Assembly: GCA_016432485.1 (NCBI GenBank)
Contig: CP066691.1
Coordinates: 587,538 to 651,537 of the forward strand
DNA from: Candidatus Niyogibacteria bacterium
GTDB lineage: Bacteria; Patescibacteriota; Minisyncoccia; HO2-45-28
DNA: 64,000 nucleotides
Direction: 5' to 3'
Shown here: one piece after another, positions 8,276-17,238 of the stretch
How the letters are laid out: each line of letters opens with the position of its first letter
Position numbering within the stretch: the first letter of the stretch is position 1
The notes under the pieces: generated by a model
What the model was told of the DNA's origin: nothing
The model's database searches: none
Seen by the model: the letters and a program-made list of their open reading frames with translations, nothing else
Program-made: the position numbers and the translations under genes

Positions 8276-9187
8276 TTATTTTCTCTTGCGCGCGTGAAAT
8301 GTTTTATGGATTTCGCTAAGCTGGCGGTTAGTGATGTGAGTATAAATTTGCGTGGTTGAAATGTTGGAATGCCCCAGCATTATCTGGACCGAACGCAAAT
8401 CCGCGCCGTTTGTCAGAAGATCGGTGGCAAAACAATGGCGCAAAGTGTGCGGAGTAACTTTTTTGGAAATGCCGGATTTGAGCGCGTGATATTTTATAAT
8501 TCTTTCTACCGAACGCGGAGTGAGGCGGGAATAGCTTATAGCTTTTAGCTTGTGGCTTTTAGTTCTTGGGAGGCGAACAAAAAGGGCCTCTTCAATGTCG
8601 GGCCGTTTATTCAGCCAATTTTCAACGGCTGACTTCGCGTCATCGGACAAAAAAACCAGGCGCACTTTTTCTCCCTTGCCTCTTACGCTGAACTCCCCCT
8701 TTTTCAAATTGACAGAATCGCGATTAAGCGAGCAAAGTTCGGACACACGAAGTCCCGTTGAAAATAAAAGCTCCAGAATCGCGCGGTCCCGCAAGCCCTT
8801 GGCGCCGTCTCCGGACGGAGAGACGATTAAACGCTCCAATTCGTCTTCCGATATTAAATCAATTTCGCGCTCCCCTGTTTTAGCCAATTCTATTTTCTCG
8901 GCAGCTAAACTCGCGATTTCGCGCCTGGCCAGATATTTTAAAAAACCGCGTAGCGCGATTAAATAATAATTTTGGGTCTTTTTCTTTAGATTTTTGCGAT
9001 TGAGCCACAGCCGGAAATCGCGTACAGCGTCATCAGTAATGTCGGCGGGTGCTGCGATTTTGGCAAAATCAAAAAAGGCGGCAAGATACCTGTCGTAATT
9101 ATCAAGGGTCTTCAGGCCTCGGCCTTTTTCAATTTCCAGATATTCCAAGTACTGCCTTAAAAAATCATTTTTATCCGAATGTCGCAC
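8276..9187 (-). CDS. tyrosine site-specific recombinase, XerC/XerD family
   Basis: HTLRHCFATDLL...GHSNISTTQIYTH catalytic box with R-H-R-Y residues. Confidence 0.85.
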   Translation of the reverse strand: MRHSDKNDFLRQYLEYLEIEKGRGLKTLDNYDRYLAAFFDFAKIAAPADITDDAVRDFRLWLNRKNLKKKTQNYYLIALRGFLKYLARREIASLAAEKIELAKTGEREIDLISEDELERLIVSPSGDGAKGLRDRAILELLFSTGLRVSELCSLNRDSVNLKKGEFSVRGKGEKVRLVFLSDDAKSAVENWLNKRPDIEEALFVRLPRTKSHKLKAISYSRLTPRSVERIIKYHALKSGISKKVTPHTLRHCFATDLLTNGADLRSVQIMLGHSNISTTQIYTHITNRQLSEIHKTFHARKRK

Positions 9188-9284
9188 AATTTATAATAAC
9201 ACGATTTCTCTTACAAAAACCTGTATTTAAATAAAAAAACGGCTCGAGCAGGGCTCGGCCGTTTTCGTAAGCAACGACTTGTCT

Positions 9285-9560
9285 TTAAAGTGCGAGGTTT
9301 CCAATGCGCTTGGAGGCAAGAGAAAGAATCTCTCCAAGCGAATTGACGCCAACATTTGGGAGAAGATTGCTTGCGAGAAGAAGCTTTGATGCCACTCGAA
9401 CCAAGTTATCATTCGAGATATCATGCCGCTGATCTTCAAGCAGCTTCAGCGCCGCTCCAATCTTCTCGCGCGATTCGATATGGTTAGGCAAGAGTATCGC
9501 GCTTTCTAAAATCCCGCATAATTTTCCGATTTGAAATGCCCTTTCCAGCATCTTTTCCAT
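9285..9560 (-). CDS. small hypothetical helical protein (paralog of 9830-10171)
   Basis: GGAAGGAGG ribosome-binding site (RBS) upstream; N-terminus similar to the neighbouring ORF (AFQIGKLCGILESAILL vs AFRVGEVCGLLKAAILL). Confidence 0.45.
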   Translation of the reverse strand: MEKMLERAFQIGKLCGILESAILLPNHIESREKIGAALKLLEDQRHDISNDNLVRVASKLLLASNLLPNVGVNSLGEILSLASKRIGNLAL

Positions 9561-9829
9561 CGCTTCCTCCTTCCGTTACTTAATTGAATCGTGTCCCTTT
9601 ATTTTCATGTTATATTCTCCGCCCACGCCTATAAGGTTTCGACCCTTTTAACCCAGATTGACTTACTCTCCTACTCTACACTTCTATTATGGCCGATGAG
9701 GCCCAGATGTCAACGCCTAACTTTCGTCCTGAGAACAGAGCGAAAACCAGGCAAAACTCCCTATTCAAGATCTGCCATCTAGTTCCCGGCTATCTCCCGT
9801 CAACCCCGTCGGGTAAATGACGCTTTTTA

Positions 9830-10171
9830 TTACTGGGTCCCCAATCGTGAAATGTGATCGGCGGCGGAAGCGATAATAGTCGAGACATTAGTGCTGGGAA
9901 ACGAGGATCTATATGAGCTAGAGAGCCCCAATCTATTTATGCCATGAGCCGTGAGTTCACTTATTGCGTCCAGAAGCTTTGATTGTGCACAGGCATTGAT
10001 TTTGTTTAAGTCGGTTCGGCTCCTGATGTAATCTTGCTGCAAATTCTCAGATACAATTCCAAACATCGTCAGCGCTTCTCTAACCCGTTGGTGCGGTCGG
10101 CCCTCGGGGTCAAGCAACAAGATCGCGGCCTTTAAAAGTCCGCATACTTCCCCGACTCTAAATGCTAACAT
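9830..10171 (-). CDS. small hypothetical helical protein (paralog of 9285-9560)
   Basis: Same strand and N-terminal similarity to the upstream paralog; slightly GC-rich islet. Confidence 0.45.
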   Translation of the reverse strand: MLAFRVGEVCGLLKAAILLLDPEGRPHQRVREALTMFGIVSENLQQDYIRSRTDLNKINACAQSKLLDAISELTAHGINRLGLSSSYRSSFPSTNVSTIIASAADHISRLGTQ

Positions 10172-10317
10172 TACCGTTTCCTTTCTAGCCGTTCGGCTGT
10201 TAGGATTTGTTGCCCGTACTCTTTCGCTATTTTATACGATTAAGTATTTTTTGTCAACCCCATGTAATGGTTCAATAGCTTATTTTCTTTTTCAAAATTA
10301 AAAGCTATATTTTAAAC

Positions 10318-10914
10318 ATGAGAAGATACGAATCAGCGCCGCCGATGGGGGGAGGAAGAATAAATGAGATTTTTCTTGTTGGCCGGCCGGAGTGGGAAAA
10401 AGGAATCCCTCCGGAAGTGAAAAAAGCTCTTGATACTAGAAGTCAGGAACGAACCGGATGTCTTTTTGATTATGTTGAAAAATATTTTGACGGCGACCCG
10501 ACAAATCCGAAAAGAAAGTTTTTGAGGGATTTGCGCGAAAAAATTGCATCGGAGCTCGGATTTATAAAACCAGACGACCAGAAACGGCTTAAGGTTTTTC
10601 CGGTCGTGGGAACGGAGCTAGACAGACGCGGGGCGGATTTTTTCTTTTCAATACATATTCCGGGAGCGGAAAAGGCGGCTAGAATAGTAGGCGATGTTAC
10701 GAACGCGCCGGAACACGAAAAATTAAAAAGGGGCGAAGGACTAATGGAAAAAGTTACAATTTATGGCGACATTGCTGACGCGGAAATAGAAGGGGAAGAA
10801 GAATACCAAAAAACTTTGCAAAAGTACGCCCGCGAGTTTGCGGAAATGGCTAGAGAAAAATCCGCCCAATCCGCCAGCCAGCGGACCGAAGCATCGACAG
10901 AAAAAGCCGCGTGA
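10318..10914 (+). CDS. hypothetical protein
   Basis: 198-aa ORF; no recognised motif. Confidence 0.45.
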   Translation: MRRYESAPPMGGGRINEIFLVGRPEWEKGIPPEVKKALDTRSQERTGCLFDYVEKYFDGDPTNPKRKFLRDLREKIASELGFIKPDDQKRLKVFPVVGTELDRRGADFFFSIHIPGAEKAARIVGDVTNAPEHEKLKRGEGLMEKVTIYGDIADAEIEGEEEYQKTLQKYAREFAEMAREKSAQSASQRTEASTEKAA

Positions 10915-11046
10915 TTAACGAGCATTCTTTGAACATAAGAAACTGACTGTCAGCAGTGTGTTGTGGATAACCTTGACTTTCATTTCTGTGGGGTGTATAC
11001 TGAAAACATCATTCAGAAAAGCCACGCGAAAGCGGGGCTTTTCTAT

Positions 11047-11661
11047 TTATGTGGTGGGCAATTCTTTTTTTATGGCGTGTTTTATATCTAAAAGAGAGGT
11101 ATAAAAAACTCTTTTTGTATCTACGGCTATAAGATTGCGAAGTTTTGTCGAAAATCTAGAAATCGTTATCCCAGCTTTTGAGTCTTTGCCGGAATAAGAA
11201 AAAATATAAACCCTTTCAACGCCTTTTTCCAAAGCCTTAATTATTAAGTATTCAAAATCGCCATCGCCAGTAAACAGCATCAGCTCAACCCCAGGAGCAG
11301 ATTTTTCAATTGCGTCTATTGACAACTCAACGTCGCAATTCGACTTTTTCTTGTACCCCATATCAACAATAAATACGTTTTCTTCTTTACAGCGCACGCA
11401 GCGTTTAGATATCTTTTTGTCCTTATTTTTATAAGCAAAAATCGGCTTACTTTTTACTGTGTACCCATCATTTTTTAAGGACTCAAATTCGTTGGCGGTT
11501 TCAACATCCCCATTGTCAATTCCTGTGTAAAAAGAAACTTCCGAACACGACCTCTTGTTCATTAAATAGTCGGCAAGCCTTCTCCAATTAATTGAAAAAC
11601 CAAGCATTTGCTCAGCGGAATTTTCTGTATTTAATACATCTATAAAAGCGTATCGCTTCAT
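11047..11661 (-). CDS. NYN/LabA-like (PIN-fold) domain protein with Zn-ribbon insert
   Basis: YAFIDVLN ... LFTGDGDFEYLI core typical of NYN domains; CVRCKEEN insert. Confidence 0.55.
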   Translation of the reverse strand: MKRYAFIDVLNTENSAEQMLGFSINWRRLADYLMNKRSCSEVSFYTGIDNGDVETANEFESLKNDGYTVKSKPIFAYKNKDKKISKRCVRCKEENVFIVDMGYKKKSNCDVELSIDAIEKSAPGVELMLFTGDGDFEYLIIKALEKGVERVYIFSYSGKDSKAGITISRFSTKLRNLIAVDTKRVFYTSLLDIKHAIKKELPTT

Positions 11662-11864
11662 TCCAAAAATTTATCATATTTTTTAACACCTTTCAATTTT
11701 TTTTATTTAAAACACAAATTTTATATCAGGGCGTTGCAAAGCTATTGAACCATTACGCGCCTATTGACAGATTGGATTTCGGGTGCTACAATTGAAGAGT
11801 AATAATGGCTGGGGCGGGATTGGCCCGTCCTAGACATGCACCTTAAATCCCCCGACGAGGAGGA

Positions 11865-12302
11865 ATGATGATGAAGGGGACAATCGTGGTGGAACAGTTC
11901 GAAAATCCGTTTTGCAACTGCAAGCAGTATCACCTCACGGAGGAGATTTCTGCACTTCCAAGACCCAGCGCTTTCTACCGGCCGATCGGCAGGCCAGAAT
12001 GTGTCGAGCACCTGAGCGCTCTGGGCACGACAGGAGCTCTGATCGTCAGGCAGATCATGGAAATTCCCGGCGTTACGGAGGTTTCTGTTGATCAGTACAG
12101 CGTCACGGTTCACATCGGCAGGGCGTTCCTGTGGGGCTCTGATGGCGTGGGGTATTCGGCGAGCGGCATCCACGCCCGCATTCTGAATATCCTCTGTGCC
12201 CAGGTCTTCGGGTGCCTCGACTGGCTCACCGCCAAATATCCCGATGTGGATATTGTTGACGGAAACAAAGCTCTCCATCGGCTCGAGGGGGTGGAGCGCT
12301 AG
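11865..12302 (+). CDS. hypothetical protein, possibly Nfu/NifU-N-like fold; GC-rich
   Basis: Strong RBS (GAGGAGG), followed by a perfect terminator. GC is about 57% against about 43% in the flanks. The antisense ORF 11742-12323 is judged spurious. Confidence 0.4.
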   Translation: MMMKGTIVVEQFENPFCNCKQYHLTEEISALPRPSAFYRPIGRPECVEHLSALGTTGALIVRQIMEIPGVTEVSVDQYSVTVHIGRAFLWGSDGVGYSASGIHARILNILCAQVFGCLDWLTAKYPDVDIVDGNKALHRLEGVER

Positions 12303-12334
12303 TCGAAGGACTAACCACATCAAGCAGCAAGAAA

Positions 12335-12366
12335 AGACACCTCAAGGAAGAGGTGTCTTTTTCGTT
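12335..12366. terminator. bidirectional rho-independent terminator
   Basis: aagacacctc-aaggaag-aggtgtctt with T-runs on both strands. Confidence 0.6.
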
Positions 12367-12387
12367 TCACTTTGCTGAATAAATAAC

Positions 12388-14421
12388 TTAAACAAATAGC
12401 GGAGCGAGTACCAGTGTCAGCGTGGCAAGAAGTTTTATTAAAACATGAAGCGAGGGACCGGCCGTATCTTTAAACGGGTCGCCGACGGTGTCGCCGGTTA
12501 CCGCGGCCTTATGCGGGTCCGAACCCTTGCCGCCCATATTGCCTTCTTCAATCCATTTTTTAGCGTTATCCCACGCGCCTCCGCTATTATTCATAACGGT
12601 TGCGAGTAAAACCCCGGCAATAGTTCCAATCATCAAAAGTCCTGCTTCGGCTTCGGCTCTTAACAAAAGTCCGACCGCAACCGGACCGACAATGGCAAGA
12701 ACTCCGGGCAAAATCATTTCTTTCAAAGCGCCTCTGGTTGTTATGTCAACCGCTTTTGAGTAATCCGGTTTTTCGGTTCCGGCCATAATTCCGGGTCTTT
12801 CGCGAAACTGCCTGCGGACTTCGTTAATAATATAGTAGGCGGAGCGGCCGACGGCGCGGATGGCCAAAGCCGAAAAAAGAAAAACAATCATAGCGCCGAG
12901 CATCCCGCCGACAAACACCTCAACTTTAGCCAAATCTACGACGGTTAAATGCACCTCTTCAAGATATGCCGAAAAAAGCAAAAACGCCGCAAGCGCCGCC
13001 GAGCCGATAGCATAGCCCTTGGTCAGGGCCTTGGTGGTGTTTCCGGCAGAATCCAATTTATCCATCACGTCGCGATATTCTTCCGACTCTCCGGACATCT
13101 CAACAATGCCCGCGCCGTTATCGGTAATGGGGCCGAAAACATCCATAGCCAAAATGTAGGCGGCAGTGGCAAGCATGCCCATTGTGGCCACGGCCGTTCC
13201 AAAAAGTCCTCCGCCGGGAATTCCCGAAAGTTTTCCGAAATAAAATGAAGCAAGGAGAGCCGCGCTTATAGCCAGCACCGTCAAAGCCGTTGATTCAAGG
13301 CCGACGGAAAATCCGGAAATAATATTTGTCGCGGGCCCCGTTTCAGATGATTGAGCGATGGAGCGAACCGGCCTGTGGCGCGAATCGGTATAATATTGAG
13401 TGATGTAAACGAAAACCAAACTGGTCAGCATGCCGACGAGCCCTGCGGCAAAAAACCACATATTGCCCAGCAGATATTTAGTGGTGAAGAAAAAAGCGAT
13501 TACGGCAAGTCCCAGGGTCAAATAATATCCTCGGTTTAATGCCGCCATAGGGTTTTCATTTTCTCGGGCGCGAACGGCAAAAAGTCCGATTATACTCGCG
13601 ACCAGTCCCAAAGCCCGCAAAACCAGAGGAAACATTATTCCGCCGATGCCGAAAAAAGGAAAGAGCGCGGCGCCCAAAATCATGGCGCCTATGTTTTCGG
13701 CCGCGGTTGATTCAAAGAGGTCCGCTCCGCGCCCCGCGCAATCGCCGACATTATCGCCGACAAGATCGGCTATAACCGCCGGATTTCTGGGGTCGTCTTC
13801 GGGAATACCCTGTTCAACTTTTCCGACAAGATCGGCTCCGACATCCGCGGCTTTGGTGTAAATCCCGCCGCCCAGCTGCGCGAAAAGCGCGACTAAAGAC
13901 GCGCCAAAACCATAGCCGACTATGAGCGTGGGAATTTTTACGACATCGTAGCCGAGAAATTTATAAAAAAGAAACAATCCCGAAATTCCAAAAAGCGAAA
14001 GAGCCACGACTATAATTCCGGTTATGGCCCCCCCGCGAAAAGCCACTTGCATAGCCGAATTAAAACCGCTTTTGGAAGCCGCGGCCGAACGAAGATTGGC
14101 CGTAGTGGACATTTTCATCCCCACAATGCCCGCGATAGCCGACGAAAGCGCGCCTAAAATAAAAGCGAAGGCGGTCTGCCACCCAAGCTCCGGATCGCCC
14201 GTGAAAGTGTAGACCAAAAAAAGAGCCAGAGCCAATAAAAGAGAAATCCAGCCGATGGTTTTATATTGCCTTTTGATAAAGGCGTTCGCGCCCTCCTTTA
14301 TGGCCGAAGCCACCTCGCGCATTTTGTCCGTGCCCAGCGGCTGTTTTTTTATCCACGAAACAAGCCACCAGACAAAAAAGAGCGATACAAACGCCACTAT
14401 AATAGGAAAGGATTCAAGCAT
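12388..14421 (-). CDS. hppA: membrane-bound H+-translocating pyrophosphatase
   Basis: GDNVGDCAGRGADLFES and multiple other V-PPase signature segments; 677 aa polytopic. Confidence 0.9.
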   Translation of the reverse strand: MLESFPIIVAFVSLFFVWWLVSWIKKQPLGTDKMREVASAIKEGANAFIKRQYKTIGWISLLLALALFLVYTFTGDPELGWQTAFAFILGALSSAIAGIVGMKMSTTANLRSAAASKSGFNSAMQVAFRGGAITGIIVVALSLFGISGLFLFYKFLGYDVVKIPTLIVGYGFGASLVALFAQLGGGIYTKAADVGADLVGKVEQGIPEDDPRNPAVIADLVGDNVGDCAGRGADLFESTAAENIGAMILGAALFPFFGIGGIMFPLVLRALGLVASIIGLFAVRARENENPMAALNRGYYLTLGLAVIAFFFTTKYLLGNMWFFAAGLVGMLTSLVFVYITQYYTDSRHRPVRSIAQSSETGPATNIISGFSVGLESTALTVLAISAALLASFYFGKLSGIPGGGLFGTAVATMGMLATAAYILAMDVFGPITDNGAGIVEMSGESEEYRDVMDKLDSAGNTTKALTKGYAIGSAALAAFLLFSAYLEEVHLTVVDLAKVEVFVGGMLGAMIVFLFSALAIRAVGRSAYYIINEVRRQFRERPGIMAGTEKPDYSKAVDITTRGALKEMILPGVLAIVGPVAVGLLLRAEAEAGLLMIGTIAGVLLATVMNNSGGAWDNAKKWIEEGNMGGKGSDPHKAAVTGDTVGDPFKDTAGPSLHVLIKLLATLTLVLAPLFV

Positions 14422-14503
14422 ATGCTTTAAAATTTTAAATTAAGCTGATAAACCGATAATTTATAAATAAAAGCATAAACAAAAAATTCGGCATCGGCAA
14501 GGC

Positions 14504-15748
14504 CTATTCGCCTTTTTCAATATTTTCTCCCGAAACTTCCCCTTCTTCCGAGGCCTGGGCTACGGATTCGCCTGCTCGCGACTGAATGTCTATTTTCCAT
14601 CCGGTAAGCCGCGCCGCGAGCCGCACATTCTGCCCCCCCCGGCCGATTGCCAGCGACAGCTGGTCTTCGTCCACAATAACCTTCGCGGTTCGGCTTCTTT
14701 TCTGTATTTCAACGTCAAGAATTTTAGCAGGCGACAGCGCGTTTTCCACAAAATCTTGCGGTTCATCCGACCATTCTATAATGTCTATTTTTTCCCCGCC
14801 GAGCTCCGCTATAACAGTTGAAACCCGGACTCCTTTTTGGCCCACGGCCGAACCGACCGGGTCAATCCCTTCGGCTGAAGAAGCCACAGCGATTTTTGAC
14901 CTTGCCCCGGGCTCTCGGGCAACGCTTTTTATTTCAACAGTGCCCGAAGCCATTTCCGGAACTTCCATTTCAAAAAGTTTTACCAGAAATTGCGGGTGAG
15001 TGCGCGAAAGATACAGGTTCGTTCCGCGCGGAGTTTTTTCCACCAGATACAAAAGCGCTTTTATTCTTTCTCCTATCCGGTAGCGTTCGCCTCTGATTTG
15101 TTCTTCAGAAGGCAGAATGGCCGTAATTCTTCCGAGGTCCATAAAAACATTACGGCCCTCTATTCTCTGAACTATGCCGGATATAATTCCGCCCTCCTTC
15201 TTTTTAAATTCGTCGTAGACCGACTCGCGTTCAGCTTCGCGTATTCGCTGGATTATGACTTGCTTGGCGGTCTGGGCCGCAATCCGTCCGTAATCGTCTT
15301 TGGCTTCAAGGACGAAAGTCAATTCTTCTCCGGCCTTCACGCCCTTTTTTATCTTCTTGGCTTCGTCAATCATCATATGTCGTTCGGGATTAAAACGGAC
15401 TTTATGTTCTTCAGTCGGAGTTTCTTCTTCGGGTTCCTGGGGTTCAAAAGACCGTCGGATTTCCGGGACCTTTTGGTTTTCCGGTTCGGCTGTTTCAGCC
15501 GTTTCCTCGTCAGACTCCTCTGGTTTGAGCATTGATTCATCAACGACTATTTTTACCTGCCAGAAATCGGAGCGGCCGCTTGCCGGGTCAAATTTGGCCC
15601 GTATAATCTGCCCCCTTTTTCCGTAGTCTTTTTTGTAGGCCGCCGCCAAAGCCAGCTCTATTGTTTCCAATATTTTTTCTTTGGGTATGCCGCGCTCGAT
15701 TTCAAGTTGTTCAAGCGCCGATTGAAATGTTTTTGTGTCTGATATCAT
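14504..15748 (-). CDS. nusA: transcription termination/antitermination factor NusA
   Basis: S1 domain plus KH domains (GRGGQNVRLAARLTGWKIDI). Confidence 0.85.
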   Translation of the reverse strand: MISDTKTFQSALEQLEIERGIPKEKILETIELALAAAYKKDYGKRGQIIRAKFDPASGRSDFWQVKIVVDESMLKPEESDEETAETAEPENQKVPEIRRSFEPQEPEEETPTEEHKVRFNPERHMMIDEAKKIKKGVKAGEELTFVLEAKDDYGRIAAQTAKQVIIQRIREAERESVYDEFKKKEGGIISGIVQRIEGRNVFMDLGRITAILPSEEQIRGERYRIGERIKALLYLVEKTPRGTNLYLSRTHPQFLVKLFEMEVPEMASGTVEIKSVAREPGARSKIAVASSAEGIDPVGSAVGQKGVRVSTVIAELGGEKIDIIEWSDEPQDFVENALSPAKILDVEIQKRSRTAKVIVDEDQLSLAIGRGGQNVRLAARLTGWKIDIQSRAGESVAQASEEGEVSGENIEKGE

Positions 15749-15867
15749 ATTTTATCCTCTATTTAGTAAAGATGCCCGCCGGAGGCGGACAATAAAGGGT
15801 ATTCATATAATAATTCCTGCGTTATTTCGTGTCAAGTCCGGCTGTTTTTGTGTTAATATAATAATAT

Positions 15868-16812
15868 ATGGGAGAGGCGCGGATTTTGGATTCGCTTAAT
15901 ATAAAAAAAAGATGCGGGGCGGTCGGTGTCGGATTTTGGCAATGCCCGCATTTTCTTTTTCCGGTTACCGGGCTGATTATAATTATTTCCATAATCGTCA
16001 CCTATTTGGTCGCCAGCCGCGTTACCGAGCCGGAGATTGCCGCTTTGATAGTGCTCGCGGTGACAGCTTTTCTTTTTATAGTCGGCCACACCATTGTCAG
16101 GTCTTTTGAAAATATTGTTGAGGCCTCGCGACTTAAATCGGAATTCGTAAGCATAATTTCGCATGAATTGCGTTCTCCTTTGTCAGCAGTCAAATGGAGC
16201 CTGGATCTTTTGAAGTCCGATAATACCCGCATGAAGGCCTCGGATTCGGCCGAGTCCGTTATATCTTCAATTGGCGAACAAAATGAAAAGATGATACGCA
16301 TCGTCAACGGTCTTCTGGAAGTTGAGCGAATTGAAGAAAAAAAGATGAGTCTTGCGCCGGAGAAGATTTTTTTAAAAGAGCTCACTGAAAAAATAATCGG
16401 GGATTTGTCTTTAGTCGCGCGGGACTTGAATGTTAAAGCGGATCTGGAAACAAAAACAGACGCTCCGGTTTTTGCCGACCCTCAAAAAATCAGCTTCGTG
16501 ATTTTCAGCATTTTAGAAAACGCGCTGCGTTACAGCCCCGCGGGCAGCTCGGTAAAAATAGAAATTTATGAAAAATCGGGCAGTATTTTTTGGAGCGCGG
16601 CCAATACCGGAGCCGGTATCCCGAAAGAGGACCGGCAAAAGATATTTGAAAAGTTTTTCCGTTCGCGCGACGTCTATCGGTACCGTTCCGGCGGACTGGG
16701 CATCGGCCTTTTTTTGTCCAAAGCTTTCGTAGAGGCCTCCGGAGGCAAAATAGGTTTTTTGTCCGAAGAAAATAAGGGCAGTGTTTTTTGGTTTTCCTTG
16801 CCGCGAGTTTGA
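15868..16812 (+). CDS. two-component sensor histidine kinase
   Basis: N-terminal transmembrane (TM) helices, H-box ISHELRSPL, HATPase N/G boxes. Confidence 0.8.
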   Translation: MGEARILDSLNIKKRCGAVGVGFWQCPHFLFPVTGLIIIISIIVTYLVASRVTEPEIAALIVLAVTAFLFIVGHTIVRSFENIVEASRLKSEFVSIISHELRSPLSAVKWSLDLLKSDNTRMKASDSAESVISSIGEQNEKMIRIVNGLLEVERIEEKKMSLAPEKIFLKELTEKIIGDLSLVARDLNVKADLETKTDAPVFADPQKISFVIFSILENALRYSPAGSSVKIEIYEKSGSIFWSAANTGAGIPKEDRQKIFEKFFRSRDVYRYRSGGLGIGLFLSKAFVEASGGKIGFLSEENKGSVFWFSLPRV

Positions 16813-16851
16813 AAACAAAAGAGAACAGAGATTATAATATAAATAATAATT

Positions 16852-17238
16852 ATGGCCAAACAAAAAATAGCAATACTGGAAGATGACCCGATTTTAGTTA
16901 AAAGCTTGTCTCAAACTTTGATTGCCGCGGGCTATGAAATTTTTTCGTCTTTAGACGGCGAAACGGGCCTTGAGATTATTAAGAAGCAAAAGCCGGATTT
17001 GGTATTATTGGACATTATTTTGCCCAGAAAAAGCGGTTTTGAGGTTATGGAGAATTTAGCCCTAGATCCGGAGCTTAGGCGGATTCCGGTAATGGTTTTG
17101 ACGAATCTGGAATCAAGTCAGGATATAAACCGCATGACCGAGCTCGGCGTCAAATCTTTTTTGGTTAAGACCAATTATTCGCTTGACGAAGTCGCCGCTA
17201 AAATAAAGGAAACTTTAAATAAACTCGGCAATAAATGA
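16852..17238 (+). CDS. single-domain response regulator (CheY-like receiver)
   Basis: DD...D phospho-acceptor pattern (LLDIILP), receiver length. Confidence 0.75.
   Translation: MAKQKIAILEDDPILVKSLSQTLIAAGYEIFSSLDGETGLEIIKKQKPDLVLLDIILPRKSGFEVMENLALDPELRRIPVMVLTNLESSQDINRMTELGVKSFLVKTNYSLDEVAAKIKETLNKLGNK

Noticed and set aside
10973-11001. TTGACT-17-TATACT promoter-like sequence followed by a terminator after about 35 nt
   Set aside because: The hairpin is best explained as the shared bidirectional terminator of the convergent genes 10318-10914 and 11047-11661. The promoter-like hexamers may be coincidental in AT-rich DNA, so this is left unreported as an sRNA.
11742-12323. 193-aa minus-strand ORF
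   Set aside because: It is antisense to the GC-rich 11865-12302 gene. It has no ribosome-binding site and a low-complexity, odd composition. The plus-strand ORF has a strong Shine-Dalgarno and a terminator.
14586-15626. Several 90-180-aa plus-strand ORFs
   Set aside because: They are antisense within nusA. The same applies to the antisense ORFs inside hppA, pilB, infB and valS.
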